Source of the DNA: a virus
Taxonomy: Duplodnaviria; Heunggongvirae; Uroviricota; Caudoviricetes
IMG/VR virus record: IMGVR_UViG_3300042561_002062
Coordinates: 85,525 to 149,524 of that record
DNA length: 64,000 nt
Strand: one strand, 5' to 3'
In this document: positions 26,632 to 36,738 of the stretch, piece by piece
How the letters are laid out: each line of letters opens with the position of its first letter
How positions within the stretch are numbered: position 1 is the stretch's first letter
The notes under the pieces: generated by a model
Told to the model about the DNA's origin: nothing
Databases searched by the model: none
The model's input: only the letters and a program-made list of their open reading frames with translations
Program-made: the position numbers and the translations under genes

Positions 26632-27003
26632 TTAAAAATACACAATTCTAAAACCTTCATGTGTAACAGGACCAGCTGTTACTTTTCCAAATGTGGTATT
26701 TTCAGAAAGAATACCTACTATTTTTCTCTGTAGTAGTTCATTCTCTCGAGTATCTTCTACTGGTGGAGTAATAATACTGAAAGAATTAAGATCATGAAGA
26801 TAGATAAGAATCCAGTCTACAAACTCTTCGCCTAGAGAAGCTTTTAATATTTCTCTGAGTGTTGCCTCTATTTTTACTCTTTTAGACTCAAAATCAGCCC
26901 ATTTGTTGAAGGTGCCTGTGTATTTTCTAGGCCTAGATGATATTTGAAAATCATTATCTACATCGGGATATGAAAAATTCTCGAATTTGGTAATTTTGTT
27001 CAT
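26632..27003 (-). CDS. hypothetical protein
   Basis: 123-aa ORF. Confidence 0.4.
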   Translation of the reverse strand: MNKITKFENFSYPDVDNDFQISSRPRKYTGTFNKWADFESKRVKIEATLREILKASLGEEFVDWILIYLHDLNSFSIITPPVEDTRENELLQRKIVGILSENTTFGKVTAGPVTHEGFRIVYF

Positions 27004-27104
27004 AATAGTATATATAAAAAAAATGGATCTAGTTGCTCTAAAAATATTCTAAATTATTAAACTATTTAGAATCCGAAAATATACTTACTATTAAAAAAAA
27101 CATT

Positions 27105-27518
27105 ATGTCTAACCATCAACCCCTATCAGAAAATTCCAATAAATTTCAGAAAAAATATTTTGATTTTTCTGGTCGCATCACAGGAACAACTTACTTTCTA
27201 AGAGCATTTTTAGCGAATATTCTATCTTTTGTAGCTGGATATTTATGTGGGTATGGATGGGTTCTTAGTTTCACGACCTTGATTTTTGGCGCCATTATGC
27301 TCTTTTTATCTCTTTGGTATAGTCTCGCTACTGTTTATAAAAGAGCAAACGCTATTGATCCGAAAAATGTTCAGTTATGGACCGGAGCAGTAGCGATTAT
27401 AAGTGGTATACTTCTTTTTGATGACGGTGATGGATTTTTTCGAGCTATGAATGTTCTTGGAATCGTAATTCATATTTACTTCATCTTCCAAAACGCAAAA
27501 TCCGAAGTAGAAGCATAA
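27105..27518 (+). CDS. membrane protein
   Basis: 3-4 predicted TM helices. Confidence 0.45.
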   Translation: MSNHQPLSENSNKFQKKYFDFSGRITGTTYFLRAFLANILSFVAGYLCGYGWVLSFTTLIFGAIMLFLSLWYSLATVYKRANAIDPKNVQLWTGAVAIISGILLFDDGDGFFRAMNVLGIVIHIYFIFQNAKSEVEA

Positions 27519-27541
27519 AAAAAAAAGTTAAAAAAAAAACT

Positions 27542-27817
27542 ATGGATAAAATTATTTTAGTATTTTACATATACGTTGGTGATCTTTCTGGAACACAGGT
27601 TGAAGAATTGCTAGATGAGTTGAAGTCACATTATTTTGGTGAGTGGGAAAATGAGAACACATTAGCCTACTGGATACCAATAAATGAAGGTGATACTCGA
27701 GTTGAATGTATCAACCCAAAACTAGTTGGTCCAGAAGAGTATGAGAAGGTGAGCCAAGAGATCGAAAGAGCAAAGGTTTCGTTAGATAAATTCATACAGA
27801 GTAGTAAAAAGTTGTAA
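27542..27817 (+). CDS. small protein, paralog of 39088..39441
   Basis: Shared block TRVECINPKL(V/I)..EEYE. Confidence 0.45.
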   Translation: MDKIILVFYIYVGDLSGTQVEELLDELKSHYFGEWENENTLAYWIPINEGDTRVECINPKLVGPEEYEKVSQEIERAKVSLDKFIQSSKKL

Positions 27818-27847
27818 ACAAAACAAAAAGTTTTCTACGTTTAAGTT

Positions 27848-28981
27848 CTAAACACCAAATCTACTTCTTGTTGCATTGAAATTTCTTAAAATTTCACTAC
27901 CAGACAAAGCTCTAGAATAAATTCTTACTATAGCAATTCTGCCACTCCAAAAAGATACCGGATTTCCACCTGCGTAATGAGCACCAATTCTTAAAGTTTC
28001 AGAGATATAACTAGCACTAACAGACGTTTTTTGATTCACTTGAACACCATCTATATACAGTGTCATCGTATTTGTAGAATCGTTGAAAGTAAGTGCAACA
28101 TGTCTCCATCTATTTGTTTGAAAACTAGCACTACTTACTTCCGTATATTGACCACCTACACCACCATAAAGTGTTCCACTAGATATCCAAAAAACATTAT
28201 TTTCAGAACTTATAATATTTCTGGAATTATCAGTAGCTGAAGCATATACCCAGGCTTCTTTTGTATAATTAGTTCCACTTGAAAGTGGATTTCCAATATC
28301 TACAAAAGTGCTTGTTCCGTTGAAGCCTACACTTTTTATTCCATTTTCTGTGTTATATGAACCGTTTGAAATTTGATGTGTCGTGGAGTCTGTTAAATTC
28401 AACCAACGAGTACTCGTAGAACTCGTGAGCGAAAATGGAATTCCAGCATCGAAGTGTCTTACCAAACCATTGGTTAGAATTGTGTTTGCATTCAAAAAAT
28501 CTTTAAATACTTGAGAAAAATTACCCTTTATAGCTTCAGCACATGTGTTTGGATTTCTCTCAGCGTAACCTTCAGCTGTAGCATCATAAGTTGATAAGTT
28601 AGAGGCCATCAAAGCTCCCCAGTTCAAATAATTTCTTATTTCAGGTGTTGATTGCCATGTATTTTCAGCAGTTTGATGAGCCAAGTTCATTTCTTCAAGA
28701 GTGCTGTTGTCAGGATTTGCAAGATAATTCTGCGCAGCTATGAGCGCATCTTGCATTTTAAGGTTTAATCCCTCGGTTGTCTCTAGACAATCAACTTTCA
28801 TCTGAAGAATTTGATCGTTACTGAAGGTTCCAGATTTTCTTGCGAGCCAGATGAAATAACGACCTCTTTGGTTATTATCAACTGAATATTCTGATGACTG
28901 AGTAGCTACAAAATCAAGAGCATCCGAACAAGCGCCTAGATTGAGTAGATAAGAATATAGAATTGAGTTCGTAGCCGACAT
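27848..28981 (-). CDS. LamG/concanavalin-A-like lectin domain virion (fibre-like) protein
   Basis: C-terminal WRHVALTFNDSTNTMTLYIDGVQV..GRIAIVRIYSRALSGSEI typical Laminin_G_3. Confidence 0.65.
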   Translation of the reverse strand: MSATNSILYSYLLNLGACSDALDFVATQSSEYSVDNNQRGRYFIWLARKSGTFSNDQILQMKVDCLETTEGLNLKMQDALIAAQNYLANPDNSTLEEMNLAHQTAENTWQSTPEIRNYLNWGALMASNLSTYDATAEGYAERNPNTCAEAIKGNFSQVFKDFLNANTILTNGLVRHFDAGIPFSLTSSTSTRWLNLTDSTTHQISNGSYNTENGIKSVGFNGTSTFVDIGNPLSSGTNYTKEAWVYASATDNSRNIISSENNVFWISSGTLYGGVGGQYTEVSSASFQTNRWRHVALTFNDSTNTMTLYIDGVQVNQKTSVSASYISETLRIGAHYAGGNPVSFWSGRIAIVRIYSRALSGSEILRNFNATRSRFGV

Positions 28982-29004
28982 ATAGACTATATATAAATAG
29001 TTCT

Positions 29005-29856
29005 CTATTGTATATTTGCTTCTGTTTTTATTCTTGTTTCTAAAATTTCAATACAAGTTTTATTGATATCAAAAACTATCGAGTTTCTGCCAACTTCTCT
29101 ACTTGCTATAGCAGTTGTTCCACTACCAGAAAAATAATCTACAACTAAATCATCTGGATTACTTGAGGCTAGAATACATCTTTTCACAAGAGCTTTTGGT
29201 TTTTGTGTGTTGTGTTTTTGTAGTGTATTATAGGGTGTTTTTTTGGTCTTAGCGTAACTCTTGACTTCATGCATCGACCAATATGGCACACAAAAATCAT
29301 CCCAAAGATTACCAGGATAAGTTAGTCTTACCTTTTCGCCAGACTCATCTATCCACCAATCTTTATTTTCACCATCTTGATTCTTATAAGGCGCTAGAAC
29401 CTTTTTTTTCAATTTGACCTGGTCAATGTTGAAAGTGTAGTTTGATGGATGTTTAGTGCAGAAGAATATATCTTCGTGCATAGATTTCCAGTTTTTTTGA
29501 CTGCCTCTTCCCTTATCTCGTTTCCAAGTTATTCTATTTTGTATAAAAAATCCACACTTTTCGAGTAGTAAATGAATGTGTGGTGAGTTTTGCCAAGAAA
29601 TACACAGATAAAGAGATCCGGTTGGTTTGAGCTGATTATAGGCTAAATCCAGATATTTTTTTGTCCATAAAAGATAATCTTCAAGAGAGGACCACTGCCT
29701 ATCCCAATCATCACGAGAACCAGACTCCAGATCAGGATTTATTTTTTTCATACCAGAAATAAAGTAGGGTGGATCTAACCAAAATAAATCTACTGACTCA
29801 TCTGGTATATACTCGGGTGATTTTTCAAAAGATAGATTGTAATAAGAAATAGACAC
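29005..29856 (-). CDS. N6-adenine/N4-cytosine DNA methyltransferase (beta class)
   Basis: DPPY catalytic motif (FWLDPPY) preceding SAM motif DYFSGSGTT. Confidence 0.8.
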   Translation of the reverse strand: MSISYYNLSFEKSPEYIPDESVDLFWLDPPYFISGMKKINPDLESGSRDDWDRQWSSLEDYLLWTKKYLDLAYNQLKPTGSLYLCISWQNSPHIHLLLEKCGFFIQNRITWKRDKGRGSQKNWKSMHEDIFFCTKHPSNYTFNIDQVKLKKKVLAPYKNQDGENKDWWIDESGEKVRLTYPGNLWDDFCVPYWSMHEVKSYAKTKKTPYNTLQKHNTQKPKALVKRCILASSNPDDLVVDYFSGSGTTAIASREVGRNSIVFDINKTCIEILETRIKTEANIQ

Positions 29857-29915
29857 TCTACTTATAATCGGGGTAACTTCTTTAGTTTTTTATATATAGA
29901 GAAAAAAAAAGAATT

Positions 29916-30599
29916 ATGAAAAGAATGAAACTTTTTGAAGAGTTCAATCAACTACAAGGTGACAACTTTCAGGAAAATACAAATCGCGAAATTTATATCC
30001 TAATAGGACCTCCAGCAGTTGGAAAATCTACTTGGATCGAAAATAATCTGATGGATAAAAATCCACATATTATCAATAGAGATTTAATAGTAGAACAGGT
30101 AGCCGAAGAAATGGGTCTTACCTACGATGATATGTTTTCAGTTCCAGGTGCGGATAAAAAAGAAGGAGATGTTGATGATAAATTCGGAACAGTAATTAAA
30201 TCACCTAGTTGGATGACTTGGCAAAAACTTTCTTATGATAAAATATCCCAAGCCAACGAAGAAATACAAAGAAGACTTGATAGAAGAATATCAGAAAGTT
30301 CCGGAAAATCTTGTGTTGTAGTTGATATGACTAACATGACTAAAAAATCCAGAAAAGGAATGCTCGATAAAGTTCTAGCAGCTACTGGTAGTGGTTATAA
30401 AAAGATTGCGGTAGATTTTGAGTTTAAAGGATTTGAAGATGTTATATATTCAGCTTCAGAGAAAAGATCACGCGAGTATAAACAAAGAGGTAAGAGTAAA
30501 ACTATTTCGAAGGAAGTATTGAACAGAATGTTTTCACATTACGAAGCTGTTGATGATAGCGAAGGTTTTGACGAGATTATCGTAGTTCCTCATTACTAA
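29916..30599 (+). CDS. P-loop polynucleotide 5'-kinase (T4 Pnk kinase-domain-like)
   Basis: ILIGPPAVGKSTW...NPHIINRD parallels T4 Pnk GCPGSGKSTW..NP..NINRDD. Confidence 0.6.
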   Translation: MKRMKLFEEFNQLQGDNFQENTNREIYILIGPPAVGKSTWIENNLMDKNPHIINRDLIVEQVAEEMGLTYDDMFSVPGADKKEGDVDDKFGTVIKSPSWMTWQKLSYDKISQANEEIQRRLDRRISESSGKSCVVVDMTNMTKKSRKGMLDKVLAATGSGYKKIAVDFEFKGFEDVIYSASEKRSREYKQRGKSKTISKEVLNRMFSHYEAVDDSEGFDEIIVVPHY

Positions 30600-30767
30600 G
30601 TTTTCTTAGTTTTGCTATAATTATTTTCAGTTTTATTTCTCTGATTCTAAGATCCACCACGTGATGCCAATTCTTTACGAATGCTTTATTTTCTTCTTTT
30701 GTGTTCCACATACCCACAAATATAAAAAGAATACCTGAAAATAATATATAAATAAAAAAATATTTCT

Positions 30768-32246
30768 GTGAAATACCTAAAAGTTTATAATAAATTTCAA
30801 AAAGATAGAAGATTATTCGAAGAAGTAGATAATCCAAAAAAAGCAGATCTAGTTGAAAAAGACGTAGAAGATTTTTTTAAAACACTAGAGGAAGCTGCTA
30901 AATCCACAGAAGGAATAAAACAACAATCCTATGGTAATATGACTTACCAAAAATCAGTAGAGTCAATACAAATAGGGCTTCTTCTTCTTGGATACGAACT
31001 ACCTAAGTTTGGTGTTGATGGTCTTTTTGGACCTGAAACAGCAAATGCTATCGAAAAATTTAAAAAAGATCACAAGTATGAAGCCGATAAAAAAAATAAA
31101 GATTTTGGAATTTCAGAAAGTTTAAGAGGTGTAAAATCTTATATACTTGAAGATCTTGAATTGATAGAGTTAGAAGAAACAGATTATACAAATCTAAAAC
31201 ATGACGAAGATGGGACAAAACATGATCTTGTGAGTAAAGTTCTTCTCGATGACATTCAACTAGCAGCCAAAAACGCTGGTGTCGTAGCAAAAATTCACTT
31301 TGCACAACATGGTCACCCATCGATGGGAAACACATCAAGTAAGAGTAGGCACAAAAAAAATATTGCTGTTGATATTTCTTCTATTGATGGACTTGTTTAC
31401 GGACAAAATGGATTCAAAGAAAAAGGTGATAAACTTAAAGACGAACTAGTAAAACTAGGATATAACTTGAACTCAGAATCAGGACATAACAAAGCAGTTC
31501 TATGGCAAACCAATGTGGGTGGTAATCACTTCAACCATCTTCATGTCTCAAATAATACAGGCGCCGAATCACACACAGGCTCTTCGGGTGATTACTCATC
31601 ACCGGTAACTATTATCGAACCTATCTATATATCACTAATGATCGATAAACTTAAAGAGAGAGGTGTCAAATCAACTGATTTACAAAGATATATTGATATA
31701 AAATCAGTTGCATCTGATGAATTTTTCACTCAATTAGACTTGTCTAACGAAAACGATATAAATATTTACGCGCAAATTTGCCAGAAATTTATTGATATGA
31801 ATCCGCCAAATTTATTGAACATCACTGGTGAAATGATGGCTAGTTCAGCTAAAAAATCATTCGATAAATTTGGTTCATATATACCACCTGAATTAGCACT
31901 GGCTCAACTTCTACAAGAAGGTGGAATTGCAAACTCTAGAAGGAGAAGTAGACCTATTAGAACTAAAAATCCATTCAATGTAGGTAATACAGATAGTGGT
32001 GAAAACGAATATCAAGATACTATAGAGGCTGGTATAGATAGATACTACGATCTAGTTGCTAAAAGTTACCTACGAAAAGGTAAAACAGCAGATGATCTCA
32101 TTAGAAATTTTGTAAATAATTCCGGTCTTAGATATGCGTCTAACCAAGGATACGAAGAAGCTCTGGTGAAAATAGTCCCTAGAGTTAAAAATATCTCTGA
32201 TCGAATTTTGAGCTCAACCGAAGTCGAAGCCCAAAAACAGACCTAA
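30768..32246 (+). CDS. multidomain cell-wall hydrolase: PG-binding domain + M15-like peptidase region + glucosaminidase-like C-terminus
   Basis: IQIGLLLLGYELPKFGVDGLFGPETANAI (PG_binding_1); HGHPSMG..H..VD / HFNHLHVS (zinc-peptidase-like His/Asp); LALAQLLQEGG (glucosaminidase motif). Confidence 0.55.
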   Translation: MKYLKVYNKFQKDRRLFEEVDNPKKADLVEKDVEDFFKTLEEAAKSTEGIKQQSYGNMTYQKSVESIQIGLLLLGYELPKFGVDGLFGPETANAIEKFKKDHKYEADKKNKDFGISESLRGVKSYILEDLELIELEETDYTNLKHDEDGTKHDLVSKVLLDDIQLAAKNAGVVAKIHFAQHGHPSMGNTSSKSRHKKNIAVDISSIDGLVYGQNGFKEKGDKLKDELVKLGYNLNSESGHNKAVLWQTNVGGNHFNHLHVSNNTGAESHTGSSGDYSSPVTIIEPIYISLMIDKLKERGVKSTDLQRYIDIKSVASDEFFTQLDLSNENDINIYAQICQKFIDMNPPNLLNITGEMMASSAKKSFDKFGSYIPPELALAQLLQEGGIANSRRRSRPIRTKNPFNVGNTDSGENEYQDTIEAGIDRYYDLVAKSYLRKGKTADDLIRNFVNNSGLRYASNQGYEEALVKIVPRVKNISDRILSSTEVEAQKQT

Positions 32247-32337
32247 TCTTCTTCTTTTCTATTTTTTGACAAAAGAACTATGAAAACTGTCAAAAAGCAG
32301 TAAAGTATGTTTGTAAGTAAGATATGATCTAATCTCA

Positions 32338-32577
32338 TTATTCTGAAAACTCTAAGACTTGATTTATTCTATTTTCTCTAAGTTCTTCGAGAGTAATGAA
32401 TAGACTCATATCACATACCAGATTTTTTCTAGAACCAAAATCTACCGTTCCATATGATCTTTTTGCCCCTTCTAAATACATCCACCCCCTGAAAATAACC
32501 CTGTCTCCAAGTTTGAAAGTATTATGAGGCTTAGTGCTATTGAAAATAAGTATATCTCCACTTTTAATTTTTCTCAT
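32338..32577 (-). CDS. hypothetical small protein
   Basis: 79-aa ORF. Confidence 0.35.
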   Translation of the reverse strand: MRKIKSGDILIFNSTKPHNTFKLGDRVIFRGWMYLEGAKRSYGTVDFGSRKNLVCDMSLFITLEELRENRINQVLEFSE

Positions 32578-32809
32578 AGCTCAAAATACTATCTATTTTT
32601 GCGTCTCTTAGGTATATTTTATAAAGATTGTAGTAATGTTCTGACATCGAAAAATGTGCTCCGCCACTTTCACGCATAAAATAGGTTTCACCTATTTTTT
32701 TATTTTCTGTGATTTTCCACTTTTTGAGAGAATCCATGGGTATATCACACATCTCTCCGTATATACTAATCAAAATCTTCATCTTTGTAGATAGATAATA
32801 ATTCAACAA
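32564..32809 (-). CDS. hypothetical small protein
   Basis: 81-aa ORF. Confidence 0.35.
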   Translation of the reverse strand: MLNYYLSTKMKILISIYGEMCDIPMDSLKKWKITENKKIGETYFMRESGGAHFSMSEHYYNLYKIYLRDAKIDSILSYEKN

Positions 32810-32847
32810 AAGTTTAATATTTCATAAAATAAAAAAAAACATAACCG

Positions 32848-33423
32848 ATGAAAAATATATTTGTAATCTTTTTACTACTTATTCTACCACTACTGGCAAA
32901 ATCTCAAGTTGAGTTTAATGGAATTAGAGTAGGTGAAAGTTTAGAAATCACTAAGAAAAACTTAGTAGAAAAAGGATTCACTCAAAAATTAAGTCAAGGA
33001 AATCTCATTAGTTGGGAAGGCCAAATCAACGCTAGACCTTGTAAAATATACATCGTATCAACACCAAAATCAAAACTTGTTTGGAAACTTTTAGTGATAC
33101 CAGAAACACATACAAGTTGGTCTTCTACCAAAGCTGCAGTAAATAAATATGTTGAAATACTTTCCAAAAAATACGGTGCACCTTCAAATCAATATTTCTA
33201 CTTTAAGACGCCTTATGAAGAGGGTGATGGACACGAAATGCTGGCCCTGAAAACCGATAACTTAGTTTGTATGTATAGTTGGGATATACCAGGTGGTTCT
33301 ATTCTACTTGATATCTCATCGGTTGTGTATCAAGAAGCACAAATACATATCAGTTACGAAGACGCAGAGGTTACTAAAATCAACTTAGAAGAAAAGTCTA
33401 AAATAGATCAAAATACTTTTTAG
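32848..33423 (+). CDS. secreted protein
   Basis: Signal peptide MKNIFVIFLLLILPLLAKSQ. Confidence 0.5.
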   Translation: MKNIFVIFLLLILPLLAKSQVEFNGIRVGESLEITKKNLVEKGFTQKLSQGNLISWEGQINARPCKIYIVSTPKSKLVWKLLVIPETHTSWSSTKAAVNKYVEILSKKYGAPSNQYFYFKTPYEEGDGHEMLALKTDNLVCMYSWDIPGGSILLDISSVVYQEAQIHISYEDAEVTKINLEEKSKIDQNTF

Positions 33424-33473
33424 AAAAATATTTATTTTCTAAAAAAATATATACCTCAAAAAGGATATATTTT

Positions 33474-33743
33474 ATGGAAAAAAATGTTGAATCTCCCCAA
33501 AAGAAACCGGATAGTTTCATCTCTAGAATGTTCAAGGATGAAAATGATATCAACGAAAAATCTATCGTTGGATTTCTAGCTTTTTGTATGATGGTTATTT
33601 GTTTAGCTGTTGATATTTGGACCGGTTTTCACGGTAAAGAGATGCCTATCAATGAATTTGTTTTTGATGGTTTCATGGTTATCACACTGGGTAGTTTTGG
33701 AATTGCCTCAGTTGATAAATACATCACCTCGAAAAAGAATTAA
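33474..33743 (+). CDS. small membrane protein
   Basis: two TM segments. Confidence 0.4.
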   Translation: MEKNVESPQKKPDSFISRMFKDENDINEKSIVGFLAFCMMVICLAVDIWTGFHGKEMPINEFVFDGFMVITLGSFGIASVDKYITSKKN

Positions 33744-34435
33744 TACAGATCTCTGAAAGATTTTAGGTATTTCAGGCCATGTGATTCACCTACTTGAAAT
33801 TTTTTCATTAGAACAAATTTATCGAGTAGCTGTTTAGGTGCTGATTCGTCAAGCAATCTATCAATAATAGCTGAGAGTTGTTTTTTATGAAACTTTTGTA
33901 AATATTCACCGGGTATCGCCTTTAGTTTTAACCATTCACCCGAAGACAAGCTCATAATTTCTTCTGGTGAAAGTGAGGCCAGTTTATCTACTTGTGTTTT
34001 TTCAATATTCTTAACCCAGTCGCTTACGGTATTATCAATATTTTGTATATCTTCCCATTTAACATTTGGATTCCAGATATACCTACAAGTATTCATTGCT
34101 TCTTTAGCGGCTAGATAATTTGGATCTTTTCTAAGTTTTTCTTCATTCCAAGTAAAACGATTATCACCACGTTCAGAGCTCCTTGGATCATCCGCGCCAT
34201 ATCGGTATTTCAATCTTAACTTGAAAGGTTCAAATCTACAAGTCTCAAAAATAGTTACTAAGTCTTTTTCTTCTTGGGTGTTACCACCTTCCTTAAAAAC
34301 ATAAGTTGCTCTAGTCATCATTTGTTGTATTTCGTCGAGTCTTAGAAGTGCGGTGAATAGATCTTTGTAAACAATAAATATTTCATTGTTCCAACCTGAA
34401 GGATCTTTAGCTTCTATTTTTTTTGAGTCTGTCAT
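33740..34435 (-). CDS. hypothetical protein
   Basis: 231-aa ORF. Confidence 0.4.
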   Translation of the reverse strand: MTDSKKIEAKDPSGWNNEIFIVYKDLFTALLRLDEIQQMMTRATYVFKEGGNTQEEKDLVTIFETCRFEPFKLRLKYRYGADDPRSSERGDNRFTWNEEKLRKDPNYLAAKEAMNTCRYIWNPNVKWEDIQNIDNTVSDWVKNIEKTQVDKLASLSPEEIMSLSSGEWLKLKAIPGEYLQKFHKKQLSAIIDRLLDESAPKQLLDKFVLMKKFQVGESHGLKYLKSFRDLY

Positions 34436-34491
34436 ATAGTCTATATATATTTTTTATTGATAGGTGACGTTTTTATCAAAGTGGATGACTT

Positions 34492-35268
34492 TCACAAAAT
34501 AGCTTTTCTTCTAGCATCTTTTACTTTTAAATAAGTATCTTTGAACATAAATACCAGATCATCAATATCTTTATCATAATCACCAAGTATAGATCCATAT
34601 AAAATATTATTTTTTCTTTTTTCAGCTAGTTCTTCAGTAATTTTATCGTAATCTGGCAGTTCGTAAATCTTTTGTGAAACCAACACAGTGATGACCACAT
34701 AAGCAACTTTTCCTAAAAAATTAGTATTGATTTGATTCTTGAGAGTTTCCATTCTTTGAATAGCTTGTTTTACCAAATTTGGCATTCTTGTCATGATAAT
34801 ATTTCCTTGCCTTGGTAACCATAAAAATATCAATGATAATAGAGCAATCGCAAAATATTCCACTTTATCTTCTTCTTTTTTTTCATTTTTATATCTGTAG
34901 CAGTAAGATAAAAAGTGCAAAAAGTCTATGACGAAAGAAGCTACTTGTGTATAACCACCTGGCATAGTATCCAGTGAGGCAGAAAGAAGTTCGATTGCGA
35001 TATCCAGTTGATCTTCACTGAGTTCATCTGGATATTTCATCCCCGCCTTCAATCTTATCCTTCGACCTATAGGCCCTTTATCCCAGAAAAGTTTTTTTTC
35101 TTCGGATGTCAACTCATTCCAATTTGGTAGGAGTTGTCCTGTTTTTTTATCTGCTGTGATATCAATAGTAGGAAGGCTAACACTTAAAGTAGTTGTTGAT
35201 TTTGGTTCTTTTGATTCTGCGACAAAGTTATAAAATTTCTTGACTCTCATCGGTAACTTTTTTTTCAA
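34492..35268 (-). CDS. hypothetical protein with C-terminal TM segments
   Basis: 258-aa ORF. Confidence 0.4.
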   Translation of the reverse strand: MKKKLPMRVKKFYNFVAESKEPKSTTTLSVSLPTIDITADKKTGQLLPNWNELTSEEKKLFWDKGPIGRRIRLKAGMKYPDELSEDQLDIAIELLSASLDTMPGGYTQVASFVIDFLHFLSYCYRYKNEKKEEDKVEYFAIALLSLIFLWLPRQGNIIMTRMPNLVKQAIQRMETLKNQINTNFLGKVAYVVITVLVSQKIYELPDYDKITEELAEKRKNNILYGSILGDYDKDIDDLVFMFKDTYLKVKDARRKAIL

Positions 35269-35382
35269 TAGTATATATAAACTACTCGAAACTTAAATCT
35301 CTATGAAAAGTCTACAAGTGATAATTTTTGTAAAATCCTTACTATCTTTGTAAAAAAAAAATATAAAATTTTACTACAAGAA

Positions 35383-36264
35383 ATGAAAACATTCAACCTG
35401 GCCCATCCCGAAAAATCCGAGGTCAAATTCAAAATAAATCGATTTCCTGACGGACAGCAATCTGTTACTATTGAGGACGCTCCTGCGTTTCTTCAAGGAC
35501 ATGATATCAGAATCAAAAGCCGAATGAATAACTTCAAAGATTTGGAATTGATTATTTGTGCAAACCAAGCGCTACGTAACCTTTTTGTATCATCAGTTAG
35601 TCTTTACCTTCCATACTTCATGGGAGCTCGTTCTGACCGCCGATTCACCGAAGGTGATGTTCACTACCTTAAACAAGTCATTTGTCCTATCATCAATTCT
35701 CAGAACTTCAATAGCATCACTGTATTGGATCCTCACTCTGATGTATTAGAAGCCTGCTTGGATAACTACCAAAAGATCGACAATAGCAGAATTGTAGAGC
35801 AAGCTCTTACTGATATTGACAACAGTGATGGTGCTCAGAACAGAATTGTATTGGTCTCTCCTGATGCTGGGGCTTACAAAAAAATATTTGATGTAGCACA
35901 AAAGTTTGGTATCAATAGGATCATCACCGCCACAAAAGTTCGCGATATTAAGACTGGTAAAATTCTTCACACAGAAATCCCTACTCTAGACCAAGCCGAA
36001 GATCTGAAGTACGTAATTGTTGATGACATCTGTGACGGTGGCCGAACCTTCATTGAACTTGCTAAAGCTATTCACGGTAGCCGTCCTACTGCTAAGGTAT
36101 ACCTGGTAGTTACACATGGTATCTTTAGTAATGGATTTCTAGAACTTAGTAGAGAACTAGAAAAGATCTACTCCTCCAATAGCTATTCTGATCGTAATGA
36201 TATTGAACACGATAGTCAATACACAGTTGCCAAAGAATTCCTCAAACAATTTAACGTATTCTAA
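35383..36264 (+). CDS. divergent PRPP-synthetase homolog (candidate ADP-ribose pyrophosphokinase, Adps-like)
   Basis: PYFMGARSDRRF (Prs PYFGYARQDR-like), VIVDDICDGGRTF PRPP loop, VVTHGIFS; much more divergent than the canonical prs at 22912. Confidence 0.55.
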   Translation: MKTFNLAHPEKSEVKFKINRFPDGQQSVTIEDAPAFLQGHDIRIKSRMNNFKDLELIICANQALRNLFVSSVSLYLPYFMGARSDRRFTEGDVHYLKQVICPIINSQNFNSITVLDPHSDVLEACLDNYQKIDNSRIVEQALTDIDNSDGAQNRIVLVSPDAGAYKKIFDVAQKFGINRIITATKVRDIKTGKILHTEIPTLDQAEDLKYVIVDDICDGGRTFIELAKAIHGSRPTAKVYLVVTHGIFSNGFLELSRELEKIYSSNSYSDRNDIEHDSQYTVAKEFLKQFNVF

Positions 36265-36266
36265 TC

Positions 36267-36674
36267 ATGAAAATTGAAAATTTTGACATAGACCGCATCA
36301 TTGGTATAACCATCTATGATGAAAGAAGGACATCTCACAAGTGGTTGCCTCGCAAAGAAAAGAAATGGTTCTTTGGACTATTCTCAAGAGGATGGCATTC
36401 CGAAGGCTTTTACTCAAACGGATGCTATCGAGAATGCTATGAAAGTGGTTGTTGGGATGCTACACCAAGCAACCAGGAGTGGCTCATCCAGAATGGTTAC
36501 CTTGTAAAATCTGATAACACAGTATGGTCCAGACCTTATGTAACGGTGTATATGGAATCTAAATATGAGGTTAGTAAATCTTTCGATACTCTCGAACAGG
36601 CGATTGAATGGACAGAAGACTTAAAAATGACCACTAACAAAACATTTGAAATTGTAAAACATACGAAATCTTAA
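36267..36674 (+). CDS. hypothetical protein
   Basis: 135-aa ORF. Confidence 0.4.
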   Translation: MKIENFDIDRIIGITIYDERRTSHKWLPRKEKKWFFGLFSRGWHSEGFYSNGCYRECYESGCWDATPSNQEWLIQNGYLVKSDNTVWSRPYVTVYMESKYEVSKSFDTLEQAIEWTEDLKMTTNKTFEIVKHTKS

Positions 36675-36738
36675 TCCACTACACAAACAACCAATTACCA
36701 AATCAATTCAACTAACTAAAACCCAAAAAAAAAAAACC

